This document shows positions 16,165 through 23,856 of a DNA stretch of 24,529 nt, in pieces. The position numbers and the translations under genes were made by a program. The notes below the pieces were generated by a model, which made no database searches, was not told the origin of the DNA, and saw nothing but the letters and a program-made list of their open reading frames with translations. The first letter of the stretch is position 1. The number at the start of each line of letters is the position of its first letter. The DNA is from a virus (lineage: Duplodnaviria; Caudoviricetes): IMG/VR virus record IMGVR_UViG_3300037760_000145, positions 1 through 24,529 of that record; one strand, 5' to 3'.

Positions 16165-16706
16165 GGGTGGGAGCCGTGAACATCCTCGAGTGCTTCGCGG
16201 AGCTGTTGAAGGCCACCGCTCCGGTGCCGCCAGGGATGCTGACTCTGAAAGAGTTCGCTGCTCGCATCGGCGTCAAGTACGGCACCGTAAAGCGCTGGGC
16301 CGGCGAAGGCATGCCCGTTTTTCGGAGGGTGAACCCTGCAGGCAACCCTCTCGTAAGAGTCGACTTTCGGGCTGCAAAGAGCTGGGTTGATGCGCGCCAG
16401 CTGAGGCCAGGCCGCGGGCCACGGGTCGCCGTCAAGCGAAGCTCGGAGGTCTACTTCGCTCATGACAAGCGCCGATCGATGATCAAGATCGGCTTCTCGT
16501 CGGATCCGGAGCGGCGAGTGCGAGAACTGCGCAGAGCCAGTGATGGCGGGCACATCGTGAAGCTCATTGGGACGATGCCCGGCGACAAGGTGACCGAGCT
16601 TCGCGTTCACGGGATGTTCTCCCATTTGCGGATTGAAACCGAGTGGTTTCGCGCGGCTCCCGAGCTGTTTGAATTCATCGAATCGTTGCGCAAGGCGGTC
16701 GCGTGA
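16161..16706 (+). CDS. Xis/MerR-like HTH fused to T5orf172-type GIY-YIG domain
   Basis: LTLKEFAARIGVKYGTVKRW; VYF...IKIGFSSDPERRVREL...E..VH..F...R...EWF. Confidence 0.8.
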   Translation: MRVGAVNILECFAELLKATAPVPPGMLTLKEFAARIGVKYGTVKRWAGEGMPVFRRVNPAGNPLVRVDFRAAKSWVDARQLRPGRGPRVAVKRSSEVYFAHDKRRSMIKIGFSSDPERRVRELRRASDGGHIVKLIGTMPGDKVTELRVHGMFSHLRIETEWFRAAPELFEFIESLRKAVA

Positions 16707-17068
16707 CCCTTCTAACCCGCATCGAAGCCGCCGCCTTCTGCCGCGTTTCCCCGCGCGCTTTCGACGTGCACGTACGTCCAGGGTTGACCGAGCGCCGCGT
16801 TGGTAGGCGAGTGCTCTTTCTCCGCCAGGAGCTGGAGCAGTGGGCCGTCACCCCGAAGGCTGGAAACTCCGGCAGCGTGCGCCGGGCTACTCGTACACCG
16901 TCCGTTTCACACACGGTGGCCACGAGTACCACCGATCCTGCGGCACAGCAGATCACGAGCAGGCTTCGCGCGAGGCGGCGCGCATCTACGCGGACATCGT
17001 TAACCGAGAACCGGGAGTTCGACAGCGGCGCGGCAGGCGAGAGCATCGACCGCTCGAGGAGCTGTTAG
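16703..17068 (+). CDS. xis: Excisionase (HTH_17-like)
   Basis: LLTRIEAAAFCRVS...RVGRRVLFLRQELEQW; directly upstream of and overlapping int. Confidence 0.75.
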   Translation: MTLLTRIEAAAFCRVSPRAFDVHVRPGLTERRVGRRVLFLRQELEQWAVTPKAGNSGSVRRATRTPSVSHTVATSTTDPAAQQITSRLRARRRASTRTSLTENREFDSGAAGESIDRSRSC

Positions 17069-17907
17069 GCAAATGGCTGGCCTCAGCACCGTTCGACCCC
17101 GGCACGAAGAAGACCTACGAGGTCTATGCCGGTGCGCACTGGCTCCCGCACTTCGATGCGATGCACCACGTCACGGACGGAATGTGCGCGGAGTACGTAC
17201 GGGCACGGCTTCGGTCCGTGCGCGCGCAAACGGTGCGGAAGGAACTGACGGCGCTGCGGGCGTTCTTGCGCTGGTGTCAGGAGACCGGCGAACTGGAGCG
17301 CGAAGTGACGGTGCCGAGCGTGCCGAAGAAAGCGGCGGGCGTGGCCTACGAGAAGCGACGACGCTCGGCTGCGATTGCGATCACCGAAGCCGAGGCGCGG
17401 CGCATGCTGAAGCTGTTGCCGGAGTGGAGCTCCAGCCGGAAGGTGAAGCGCTTTCCGATTCGCGGGAGATTCGAGTTTGCCTACGAGACGGGGCTCCGGC
17501 CCGACACCATAGACCAGCTCAGCGTGCCGGAGCACTGGGACCTCGGCTCGAAAGTTCTGCGCGTATCGCTAGATGTAGACAAGAACGCATGGGAGCGGGA
17601 GTTGCCGTTATCTCCAAGGGCGCTGCGTGTGCTCAAGAAAGTGGCGCCGAAGAAAGGGCGCATCTTCGGGGCGCACGACTACCGGTCGCACATCCGCGCC
17701 GCGGCCGAGGGAGTGCTCGGGAAGCAGCGTGCGAAGCAATTCACCGGCGCACACTTCCGATCGGCGACGGCGACGCATCTGCTACAGGGAGGCGCAAACC
17801 TGCCCGGCGTGCAGTTCCTGCTCGGGCACAAGCGCACCACGACCACGGCGCGCTACGTTCGCCCGTCGTTCGATGCTGCTCGCGACGCGCTGAAGAAGCG
17901 CCGTTGA
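16840..17907 (+). CDS. int: Tyrosine integrase
   Basis: TGLRPD (R), DK, HFRS (HxR variant of HxxR), LLGH, ARY catalytic set; N-terminal arm-binding-like YTVRF...YHRSCGT. Confidence 0.92.
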   Translation: MGRHPEGWKLRQRAPGYSYTVRFTHGGHEYHRSCGTADHEQASREAARIYADIVNREPGVRQRRGRREHRPLEELLGKWLASAPFDPGTKKTYEVYAGAHWLPHFDAMHHVTDGMCAEYVRARLRSVRAQTVRKELTALRAFLRWCQETGELEREVTVPSVPKKAAGVAYEKRRRSAAIAITEAEARRMLKLLPEWSSSRKVKRFPIRGRFEFAYETGLRPDTIDQLSVPEHWDLGSKVLRVSLDVDKNAWERELPLSPRALRVLKKVAPKKGRIFGAHDYRSHIRAAAEGVLGKQRAKQFTGAHFRSATATHLLQGGANLPGVQFLLGHKRTTTTARYVRPSFDAARDALKKRR

Positions 17908-17908
17908 G

Positions 17909-17992
17909 TGCGACGGAGAGGGCTCGAACCTCCACGGGAATTACCCCACAGGCACCTCAAGCCTGCGCGTCTGCCAGTTCCGCCACCGTCGC
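17909..17992 (-). tRNA. tRNA-Leu(GAG), 84 nt, CCA not encoded
   Basis: Acceptor GCGACGG/CCGTCGC + A73; D loop AACTGGCAGA; anticodon stem CAGGC/GCCTG with loop TTGAGGT; long variable arm; T arm GGAGG-TTCGAGC-CCTCT. Confidence 0.93.
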
Positions 17993-17995
17993 TCA

Positions 17996-18178
17996 TTCCC
18001 GGCAGCTTTCTCGGCAGACCGGGGATTCTGCAGTGTTTTTCCAGGAGTTTTCGATGATTCTGGTAGCACCTCAAGCTAGCGCGTCTGCCGAAATCATTAA
18101 GGAATCGCCAGCCGAGATTGCGCCGGGTGGTACCGAAACGTGGCAGGGCCCCTCGATTCCCGGCACGATAGCCGGCAC
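17996..18178. mobile_element. attP: tRNA-derived core with flanking paired arm-type repeats
   Basis: Core 18064-18089 (minus strand GGCAGACGCGCTAGCTTGAGGTGCTA) flanked by inverted ATGATT/AATCAT. Arm pairs: TTCCCGGCAG and TTCTCGGCAG (17996, 18008); TTCCCGGCAC and TAGCCGGCAC (18157, 18169), both with 12-bp period. Confidence 0.8.
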
Positions 18179-18226
18179 GCGCGCATTCCGCGCGCAGTCG
18201 TGGCTGTGGTTCGTGCGAGGTGCGGC

Positions 18227-18553
18227 GTGAGCGACCACGCATCCCGCGTCAAGCGCGCGCGAGAACTCGATGCGGCGGCGTCGAAGGGCCCATGGGCCTG
18301 GGACCCGGATGATCCGTCCGTGCTCGTCGACGCGACGGGGACGTTCGGGATGTCCGACGCAGACGCCTACTTCATCGCCGAATCCCGCACGCTCCTGGTT
18401 GAGTTGGCGGATGACGTGGAGCGACTCGCGGCCGATAACGCGCAGTTACGCTCAGAGAACGCGCAGCTGCGAGTAGCGCTGGAGACCGACGACTCCAACT
18501 GGCTGACTGCCGCCAGGCGCGCGATCCTCGAGGCCGATCGGGGGGAGCGATGA
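18227..18553 (+). CDS. Ead/Ea22-like protein
   Basis: ASKGPW...DAYFIAESR..LVELADDVERL followed by coiled coil; GAGGTG SD. Confidence 0.7.
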   Translation: MSDHASRVKRARELDAAASKGPWAWDPDDPSVLVDATGTFGMSDADAYFIAESRTLLVELADDVERLAADNAQLRSENAQLRVALETDDSNWLTAARRAILEADRGER

Positions 18554-19362
18554 CGGAAGGCACGCTCGAGCAAGTGCTGGCCGGCGAGGCGCGGTGGAAG
18601 GTCGTGCATGGTGACTGCCTGGACGTGCTGCCGACTCTGCCGGAGCGGAGCGTGGATCATGTGATTACGGATCCGCCTTACTCGGAGCACATTCACAAGT
18701 CCGTGCGGTCGTCTGGTCGGCTCGCTCTATTGGATGTTGAGCAGTTCGAATGCAGAACGCGGCGACAGGTTGACCTTGAATTCGCCCACCTGTCTGGCGC
18801 CGTCCGTCGTGGCGTCGCGCGCGGAACTGCCAAGGCAGCGCGGCGCTGGGTGCTCACGTTCAGCGATGTTGAGTCCTGCTGGCTTTGGCGCCTGTCGTAT
18901 CGCGCCGCCGGTCTGGATTACGTGAAGACGGCGGAGTGGCGCCGGCTCAATGGCGCGCCGCAGTTCACGGGCGACCGTCCCGCGCAGTCGTTCGAGGCCA
19001 TCACGCTGTGCCATCCGCGTGGGCGCAAGCGCTGGAACGGCGGTGGCAAGCAGGGCGTCTACGAATACCCGATCGTGCTCTCTCGCAACGGACACCGCGG
19101 GGAGCGCGTGCATCCCACCCAGAAGCCACACGAGTTGTTTCTGGCGCTACTCGGAGACTTCACCGACCCCGACGACCTCATCCTCGATCCCTTCTGCGGC
19201 TCCGGTACCACCGGCGTCGCCGCACTTCGGCTCGGTCGGCGGTTCATCGGCATCGAGCGCGAGGAGAAGTGGGCCGAGCTGTCCCGCGAACGCCTCCGCG
19301 CCGAGCAGTCCGGCAGCACGCTTTCGGCGCGCCGCGCTGGACAAGGAGCGCTATTCGGATGA
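18550..19362 (+). CDS. N6A/N4C DNA methyltransferase (beta class)
   Basis: GDCLDVL, ITDPPY, HPTQKP, ILDPFCGSGTTG, FIGIE. Confidence 0.93.
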   Translation: MTEGTLEQVLAGEARWKVVHGDCLDVLPTLPERSVDHVITDPPYSEHIHKSVRSSGRLALLDVEQFECRTRRQVDLEFAHLSGAVRRGVARGTAKAARRWVLTFSDVESCWLWRLSYRAAGLDYVKTAEWRRLNGAPQFTGDRPAQSFEAITLCHPRGRKRWNGGGKQGVYEYPIVLSRNGHRGERVHPTQKPHELFLALLGDFTDPDDLILDPFCGSGTTGVAALRLGRRFIGIEREEKWAELSRERLRAEQSGSTLSARRAGQGALFG

Positions 19363-19424
19363 CCCGCACCGAGATCACCGGCGGCGTGCCGGTACAGCGC
19401 ACACTGTTCGGAGACGACCGATGA
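19359..19424 (+). CDS. 21-aa coupled micro-ORF
   Basis: MTRTEITGGVPVQRTLFGDDR; AAGGAG SD; ATGA overlaps at both ends. Confidence 0.5.
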   Translation: MTRTEITGGVPVQRTLFGDDR

Positions 19425-19750
19425 TCATCGCCCACTGCCCAACGTGCAACCGCACCGACGCGCACGTGTCTGCTAGATGGGACGGGCGTCGGCAGCGCGA
19501 CTGCAACCGATGTCGAGGCGTACGCGACCGTGCGCGTGCCCGCGCTAAGACACCAGCTGCACCAGAGCTCGTGCGCGTCGCACGGCCCATCTCGTGTAAC
19601 GTCTGTTACGACCTGCCCAATCGGCGAGAACGCGGCCGCCCATGCGCCTGCGGGCAGTGGTGGGAGCCTGACGTGTACCAGGTCGAGGTGTCATCGCATC
19701 CCAGCGCGTTAGCTCGCGTGATGGCCAACGGAGCATTTGAGGTGTCATGA
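19421..19750 (+). CDS. Double Zn-finger protein
   Basis: CPTC...CNRC and CNVC...CAC; ATGA-coupled. Confidence 0.65.
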   Translation: MIIAHCPTCNRTDAHVSARWDGRRQRDCNRCRGVRDRARARAKTPAAPELVRVARPISCNVCYDLPNRRERGRPCACGQWWEPDVYQVEVSSHPSALARVMANGAFEVS

Positions 19751-19848
19751 CTACGGACATCCAGCGCGCGATCGATCTGTCGGAGACGCTGCATGCAGGG
19801 CGTGGGCAGAGGACGCGGCAGGCTTCGCTCTTCGGCGGTGGCACGTGA
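19747..19848 (+). CDS. 33-aa coupled micro-ORF
   Basis: MTTDIQRAIDLSETLHAGRGQRTRQASLFGGGT; GAGGT SD; ATGA and GTGA overlaps. Confidence 0.5.
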   Translation: MTTDIQRAIDLSETLHAGRGQRTRQASLFGGGT

Positions 19849-20459
19849 CCGCCGCAGTTGCCTGGATCGTCAGCGAGCGCGACCGCAGTGAAGTCGTGTG
19901 GGCGCGTAACGCAATGGAGGCTCGTCGTCTCGGCGCCAGCGAGCTCGGGCACATGCTGGACGAGGAGTCCTACGAGTACCGCCGAGCGCCAGAGTTCGAC
20001 GGTTTCACCGGCAACATCGAGGAGCTACGCCGCGCCCAACTGGCCGCCGGCTGGTGGTTCGATTGCGCGTGGTGCGACTGCGGTCGGCGCGTCTCGGAAG
20101 ACGAGGGCGACGACGGGGAACCGTGCGAGCCGGTAGTGCGAGGCGACGCCGTCTACTGCAGCGAGTGGCACGCGGGCGCCGAGGTCGTTCGGCATGTCGA
20201 GCGGCGTATTCGGATCTGGGAGGCTATTGCCGCAGCCGTGGAGCGTTTTCCCGGCGCGACGATCCATTACGTGAGCGACCGCTGTCACGGCTCGCACCAC
20301 ACGGACGGCAAGTGGCGTGAGCTCGTTTCGATGCGCGTTCCGGGTGTCGACTGCGCCGTGGATTGGTTCACCGGTGACGAGGAGATCCGATTGCCGGTGG
20401 CGCACACGGATGCTTACCGCGAGTACAAACTGCGACGTGCTGCGGGGGAATTCGGATGA
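19845..20459 (+). CDS. Hypothetical phage protein with Zn-finger
   Basis: RRAPEFD, GWWFDC..C.CG, VYCS motifs; GTG start coupled to the micro-ORF. Confidence 0.65.
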   Translation: MTAAVAWIVSERDRSEVVWARNAMEARRLGASELGHMLDEESYEYRRAPEFDGFTGNIEELRRAQLAAGWWFDCAWCDCGRRVSEDEGDDGEPCEPVVRGDAVYCSEWHAGAEVVRHVERRIRIWEAIAAAVERFPGATIHYVSDRCHGSHHTDGKWRELVSMRVPGVDCAVDWFTGDEEIRLPVAHTDAYREYKLRRAAGEFG

Positions 20460-20824
20460 CTGAGACGGACACCCAGCGCGCGATCGTGCGAGCTCTAGCT
20501 GCGATCGGGGTCGAGGCGATCCGGGTCCAGTGCGGGCTAGCGCGTGGAGCAAAGGGCGGGCGGATGGTCCTGGCTCCGCCGGGGACACCAGATTTAGTCT
20601 GCGTTTCCCCAGCGGGATGGCTCGAGGTCAAGGCCAAGGGAGGCCGTCTCTCAGAGCTCCAGGAGCGACGGCACCGCGAGATGATTCGAGCCGGCGCTCG
20701 CGTCGCTGTGGTCAGGAGCGTAGCTGGCGCACTCGAGGTCGTGAGGCGCTGGCAGGAGGAGGATCGGCGGGTGGAGAGGATGATCGCGGAGGATGTGGCG
20801 CTCAGGGAGGTTGGGATCGGATGA
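20456..20824 (+). CDS. VRR-NUC nuclease (resolvase-like)
   Basis: E..TQRAI, GTPDL, WLEVK...GRLSELQ, VAVVRSV. Confidence 0.85.
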   Translation: MTETDTQRAIVRALAAIGVEAIRVQCGLARGAKGGRMVLAPPGTPDLVCVSPAGWLEVKAKGGRLSELQERRHREMIRAGARVAVVRSVAGALEVVRRWQEEDRRVERMIAEDVALREVGIG

Positions 20825-21399
20825 CTGTCTGCGAACACGGTATGGCAATGGGAGAGTGTGGCTGCTTGCCGTGCCCGCACTGCATCGATCGGCCGCCCCA
20901 CCAGATAATCGCGGCCTTCGTCCGGAACGTGGGCTCGATCAGCGAGGTGCGGTTTGCGCTTGGGATTGCGGAGCTAGCGGAGGATATTTTCGCCTGCCGC
21001 CCCGGCGACTTTTCGTTCTACTACCAAGGGTCTAACCTTCGCGTGCGCTCGCAGGTCTCGAGCGATCAAGGTCGCATCGACTTCGCGTTTTACGGCGACG
21101 GCTGGCTCCCACACAGACTGCTGCTCCTGGTAGAAATAGACGACCCATCTCACTGGCGCGATCAATACAAGGCTGCGGCCGATCGCGTCCGAGATCGGAA
21201 TCATCTGCTGCAGCTCGACGTGCCAACCATCCGCTTCTCAAATGAGGAGGCACAGGCCATCGACTCAGCTAGAGCCGCACTCAATTACGCGGTCCGCGCT
21301 GAGGCGAAGCTGGACGCAATCGATAACGCTCGCGCCGGGTCGACAGAGGCGGTTGAACCAGAGCCCACCGATCCTGTCTCGCAGGAGGCCCCGAATTGA
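20821..21399 (+). CDS. DUF559/Vsr-like endonuclease with Cys-rich N-terminus
   Basis: S.SE, SQ...RIDF, LVEIDDPSH, DRVRD, IRFSNEE. Confidence 0.75.
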   Translation: MTVCEHGMAMGECGCLPCPHCIDRPPHQIIAAFVRNVGSISEVRFALGIAELAEDIFACRPGDFSFYYQGSNLRVRSQVSSDQGRIDFAFYGDGWLPHRLLLLVEIDDPSHWRDQYKAAADRVRDRNHLLQLDVPTIRFSNEEAQAIDSARAALNYAVRAEAKLDAIDNARAGSTEAVEPEPTDPVSQEAPN

Positions 21400-22367
21400 C
21401 CTGGGTCCGCCTAGACGACAGCTTCGCGGACCACCCGAAGGTGCGGGCGCTCTCGCCGTCCGCGTTCCGTGCGCACGTCGTCGTACTCTGCTACTGCGCG
21501 CGGCACTTGACGGACGGCGCCGTGGCGGGGCCGATCCTCGCGAGTCTCGGCGTCCGCGGGAAGGACACCGCCGAGCTCGTTCGCGCCAGGCTTTGGCACG
21601 AAACGGACGGTGGCATCGTCGTCCACGACTACCTCGAATACAACCCCAGCCGGTCCGACGTAGAGGACCAGCGGCGGGCCGCTGCTGAACGTCTCGGTCG
21701 CCATCGTTCGAAGACCAAACGTAATGCCGATGCAACGCATCTGCAACGCGTTGCAAACGGTGCACACAACGCGCTTGAAACACTTCCCCCATCCCGACCC
21801 GTCCCGATCCCGTCCCCAGATCCGGATATCGCTCCCTTCGGGAGCTCGTCGAGTTGCCTCGACGCACCCGACGGTTCGGGCGAACGCCCGAGGGAGCCGG
21901 AAGGCCCGGAAAAGAGCCGCGAATCAGCGAAGCCGGACCCGTTCGCAGCCCAAGTGCGCGAGGTTTTCGAGTTCTGGAAAGCCAACACCGGGCACCCGAA
22001 AGCGCTGCTCGACCGGAAGCGCGACGCCCGGATCCGAGCCAGGCTTCGGGACAAATTCACCGTCGACGAGCTCAAACTCGCAATCAAAAACCGCATCCAC
22101 GACCCGCACCTGATGGGCGAATCGAAGGGCGGAGATGGGCGGCTTTACGACGGAATCGAGACCCTGTTGCGAGACGTCGCGCAGGTCGAACGGCTACGGG
22201 ACTTGAGGCCCGAAACCAAGTCGGCCAACACCCGCCACGACCAGCGCCAATGGGTCCAGGAACAACGTGCGCCGCAACCCCCGCCGCTGCCCCCCGGCGA
22301 ACGGCTCGAGCTCGCACGCGGCGCCCTGGCAGTCCTGACGGCCAACGTCGGAAAGGCAATCCCGTGA
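21396..22367 (+). CDS. Phage replication initiator
   Basis: TTG start with AGGAGG SD; WVRLDDSFADHPK...TDG...VHDYLEYNPS N-terminal domain, low-complexity linker with iterons, helical C-domain (VFEFWK...IRARL...FTVDELK.AI). Confidence 0.8.
   Translation: MTWVRLDDSFADHPKVRALSPSAFRAHVVVLCYCARHLTDGAVAGPILASLGVRGKDTAELVRARLWHETDGGIVVHDYLEYNPSRSDVEDQRRAAAERLGRHRSKTKRNADATHLQRVANGAHNALETLPPSRPVPIPSPDPDIAPFGSSSSCLDAPDGSGERPREPEGPEKSRESAKPDPFAAQVREVFEFWKANTGHPKALLDRKRDARIRARLRDKFTVDELKLAIKNRIHDPHLMGESKGGDGRLYDGIETLLRDVAQVERLRDLRPETKSANTRHDQRQWVQEQRAPQPPPLPPGERLELARGALAVLTANVGKAIP
21718..21781. repeat. Putative origin iterons inside the initiator gene
   Basis: TGCAACGC at 21731 and 21742; palindrome TGCAACGCGTTGCA 21742-21755; CAACGCG at 21767. 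Confidence 0.6.
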
Positions 22368-22624
22368 CCCCCGACCCCGAGGCCCAACCCCGCCCCGAGC
22401 TCTACGAGCCCCCGCGTCCGGAAGACCGGCGGCCGAATCCGCGGGGGAGAGCGACGCCGCAGGAGATTGACCGGTACCTGCGGGAGCTGCGGGAGAGGCT
22501 GGGGATTGGCGATGATCGCGAAACGTCGGCGGCAGCTGTTGCAGAATTTGCAACAACTGCGGAGCTGGCTCTCGGCGGCCAGACAGATCAGGAGCAACAC
22601 TCGGGCCAGGGTGATGTCAAGTAA
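22364..22624 (+). CDS. 86-aa hypothetical protein
   Basis: GTGA-coupled to the initiator; ATPQEIDRYLRELRERLG helix. Confidence 0.5.
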   Translation: MTPDPEAQPRPELYEPPRPEDRRPNPRGRATPQEIDRYLRELRERLGIGDDRETSAAAVAEFATTAELALGGQTDQEQHSGQGDVK

Positions 22625-23126
22625 AATCGACAATCACGAGTCACGCGCGCGCGATTTGGGCCATCCCCTGTTCGAGCGCCCGGTGCACCGCATCGGTTAC
22701 ATCGTAGAGCTGATGCGGGCATTGCGCTGGGTCCGTGGCGTGACGGCGACGGAGCTGGCGGAAGCGTGGCGTCTGAGCAGGAGTGTCGTCGACGATTACG
22801 CGACCGAGGCGAGTCGTCATCTCGAGCTGCTTGGCCAGCGGGAGGTGGTGCTCGACGTCGTCCGCTCGAGCGCGCATCAATGGGTTCTAGAGGCGGGGCA
22901 GGACCGCGTCCAAGCCGCTCGGCTGTTGGTCGACACGGTGGGCGGACTGGCCCAAAAGCTCGACGTCTCAGTCCAGCCAGCCCAGCTGCCGGACGGTGCT
23001 GTTATAGCTCGCGTGCTGACCGCCATCGAACGAGCACCCGAGCACCATGCAGCATTGCTGGCCGCTGCCGACCGCATCCGCGCTAGGCGCTTGCCGGCGC
23101 ATGACACCGAAGGAGAATTGGTATGA
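22614..23126 (+). CDS. HTH protein, terminase small subunit candidate
   Basis: TELAEAWRLSRSVVDDY HTH; C-terminal QKLDVSV strand typical of TerS; upstream of TerL. Confidence 0.5.
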   Translation: MSSKIDNHESRARDLGHPLFERPVHRIGYIVELMRALRWVRGVTATELAEAWRLSRSVVDDYATEASRHLELLGQREVVLDVVRSSAHQWVLEAGQDRVQAARLLVDTVGGLAQKLDVSVQPAQLPDGAVIARVLTAIERAPEHHAALLAAADRIRARRLPAHDTEGELV

Positions 23127-23395
23127 AGTACCCCGTGAAGCTCAGGAGCTACCGCACGCAGTTTGCCATTGAGACGCCAGTTGGCTTGACGGCGTCATTT
23201 GTCGCGAAGGAGTTCAACCAAGACGGCAACGTCTCGAGCATCCAGCTGCTGGAGGGCGGCGTGGTGCTGATGCGCGGCAACGACAAGGCCTGGATCGTGG
23301 ACGGCCTGAACGTGGGCGAGCTCGACGAGCAGCCGGAAGCACAGAGGCCGAAGGCGCGGCCGGCGGCGTCGACCACCGGAAAGGCGGCGGCCTGA
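23123..23395 (+). CDS. 90-aa hypothetical protein
   Basis: AAGGAG SD; coupled on both sides. Confidence 0.6.
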   Translation: MKYPVKLRSYRTQFAIETPVGLTASFVAKEFNQDGNVSSIQLLEGGVVLMRGNDKAWIVDGLNVGELDEQPEAQRPKARPAASTTGKAAA

Positions 23396-23733
23396 TGTTG
23401 CGCCGCATCCGTCCCCGAAACGACAACGTGTTGATCAAGCTCGACAAGCCGCACGCGGACTACAAAGGCCCGCTCGAACTGCCGGAGAACTACGACGGCA
23501 AGCGAAATATCGACGGACTGTGGGCTACCGTGATCGCAGTCGGCGACGGCTGTGCGTACAAGAACAACTGCGACAAGTGTGGCAGGCCGCGCTATCCCTT
23601 CGGGATGAGTATTCGCGTGGGAGAGCGCGTGCTCGTCGACGATGGGAAGGTGGCCGGCGACAGGGTGTTCGTCGACGGCGAGGAGCATCGAATCGTGCGA
23701 GCGACCGAGCTGCTTGCGGTGATGGAGACGTGA
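23395..23733 (+). CDS. groES: GroES-like co-chaperonin
   Basis: IRPRNDNVLIK, G.LELPE mobile loop, ATVIAVGDG, IRVGERVL, VDGEEHRIVRATELLAV. Confidence 0.85.
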   Translation: MLRRIRPRNDNVLIKLDKPHADYKGPLELPENYDGKRNIDGLWATVIAVGDGCAYKNNCDKCGRPRYPFGMSIRVGERVLVDDGKVAGDRVFVDGEEHRIVRATELLAVMET

Positions 23734-23745
23734 CCGAACAGCACT

Positions 23746-23856
23746 ATGGAGCGGCGCCGTGTGATGCAGATGCTCGACGATGCCGAAGCGCTGCGGGCGG
23801 TGGAGCGCGAGGAGCGAGAGCGACAGGATGCCGAGCCCGTCGGCACTGACGCTTGA
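23746..23856 (+). CDS. 36-aa charged peptide
   Basis: MERRRVMQMLDDAEALRAVEREERERQDAEPVGTDA fills the groES-terL gap. Confidence 0.35.
   Translation: MERRRVMQMLDDAEALRAVEREERERQDAEPVGTDA

Noticed and set aside
17909-17992. tRNA as a host gene marking a prophage boundary (attL/attR)
   Set aside because: Phage genes continue on both sides and arm-type repeats flank the core on both sides, which fits an intact attP.
17073-18230. 385-aa ORF overlapping int, tRNA and attP
   Set aside because: Off-frame R/A/G-rich shadow ORF of GC-rich DNA with no motifs; the same applies to most long overlapping ORFs in the track.
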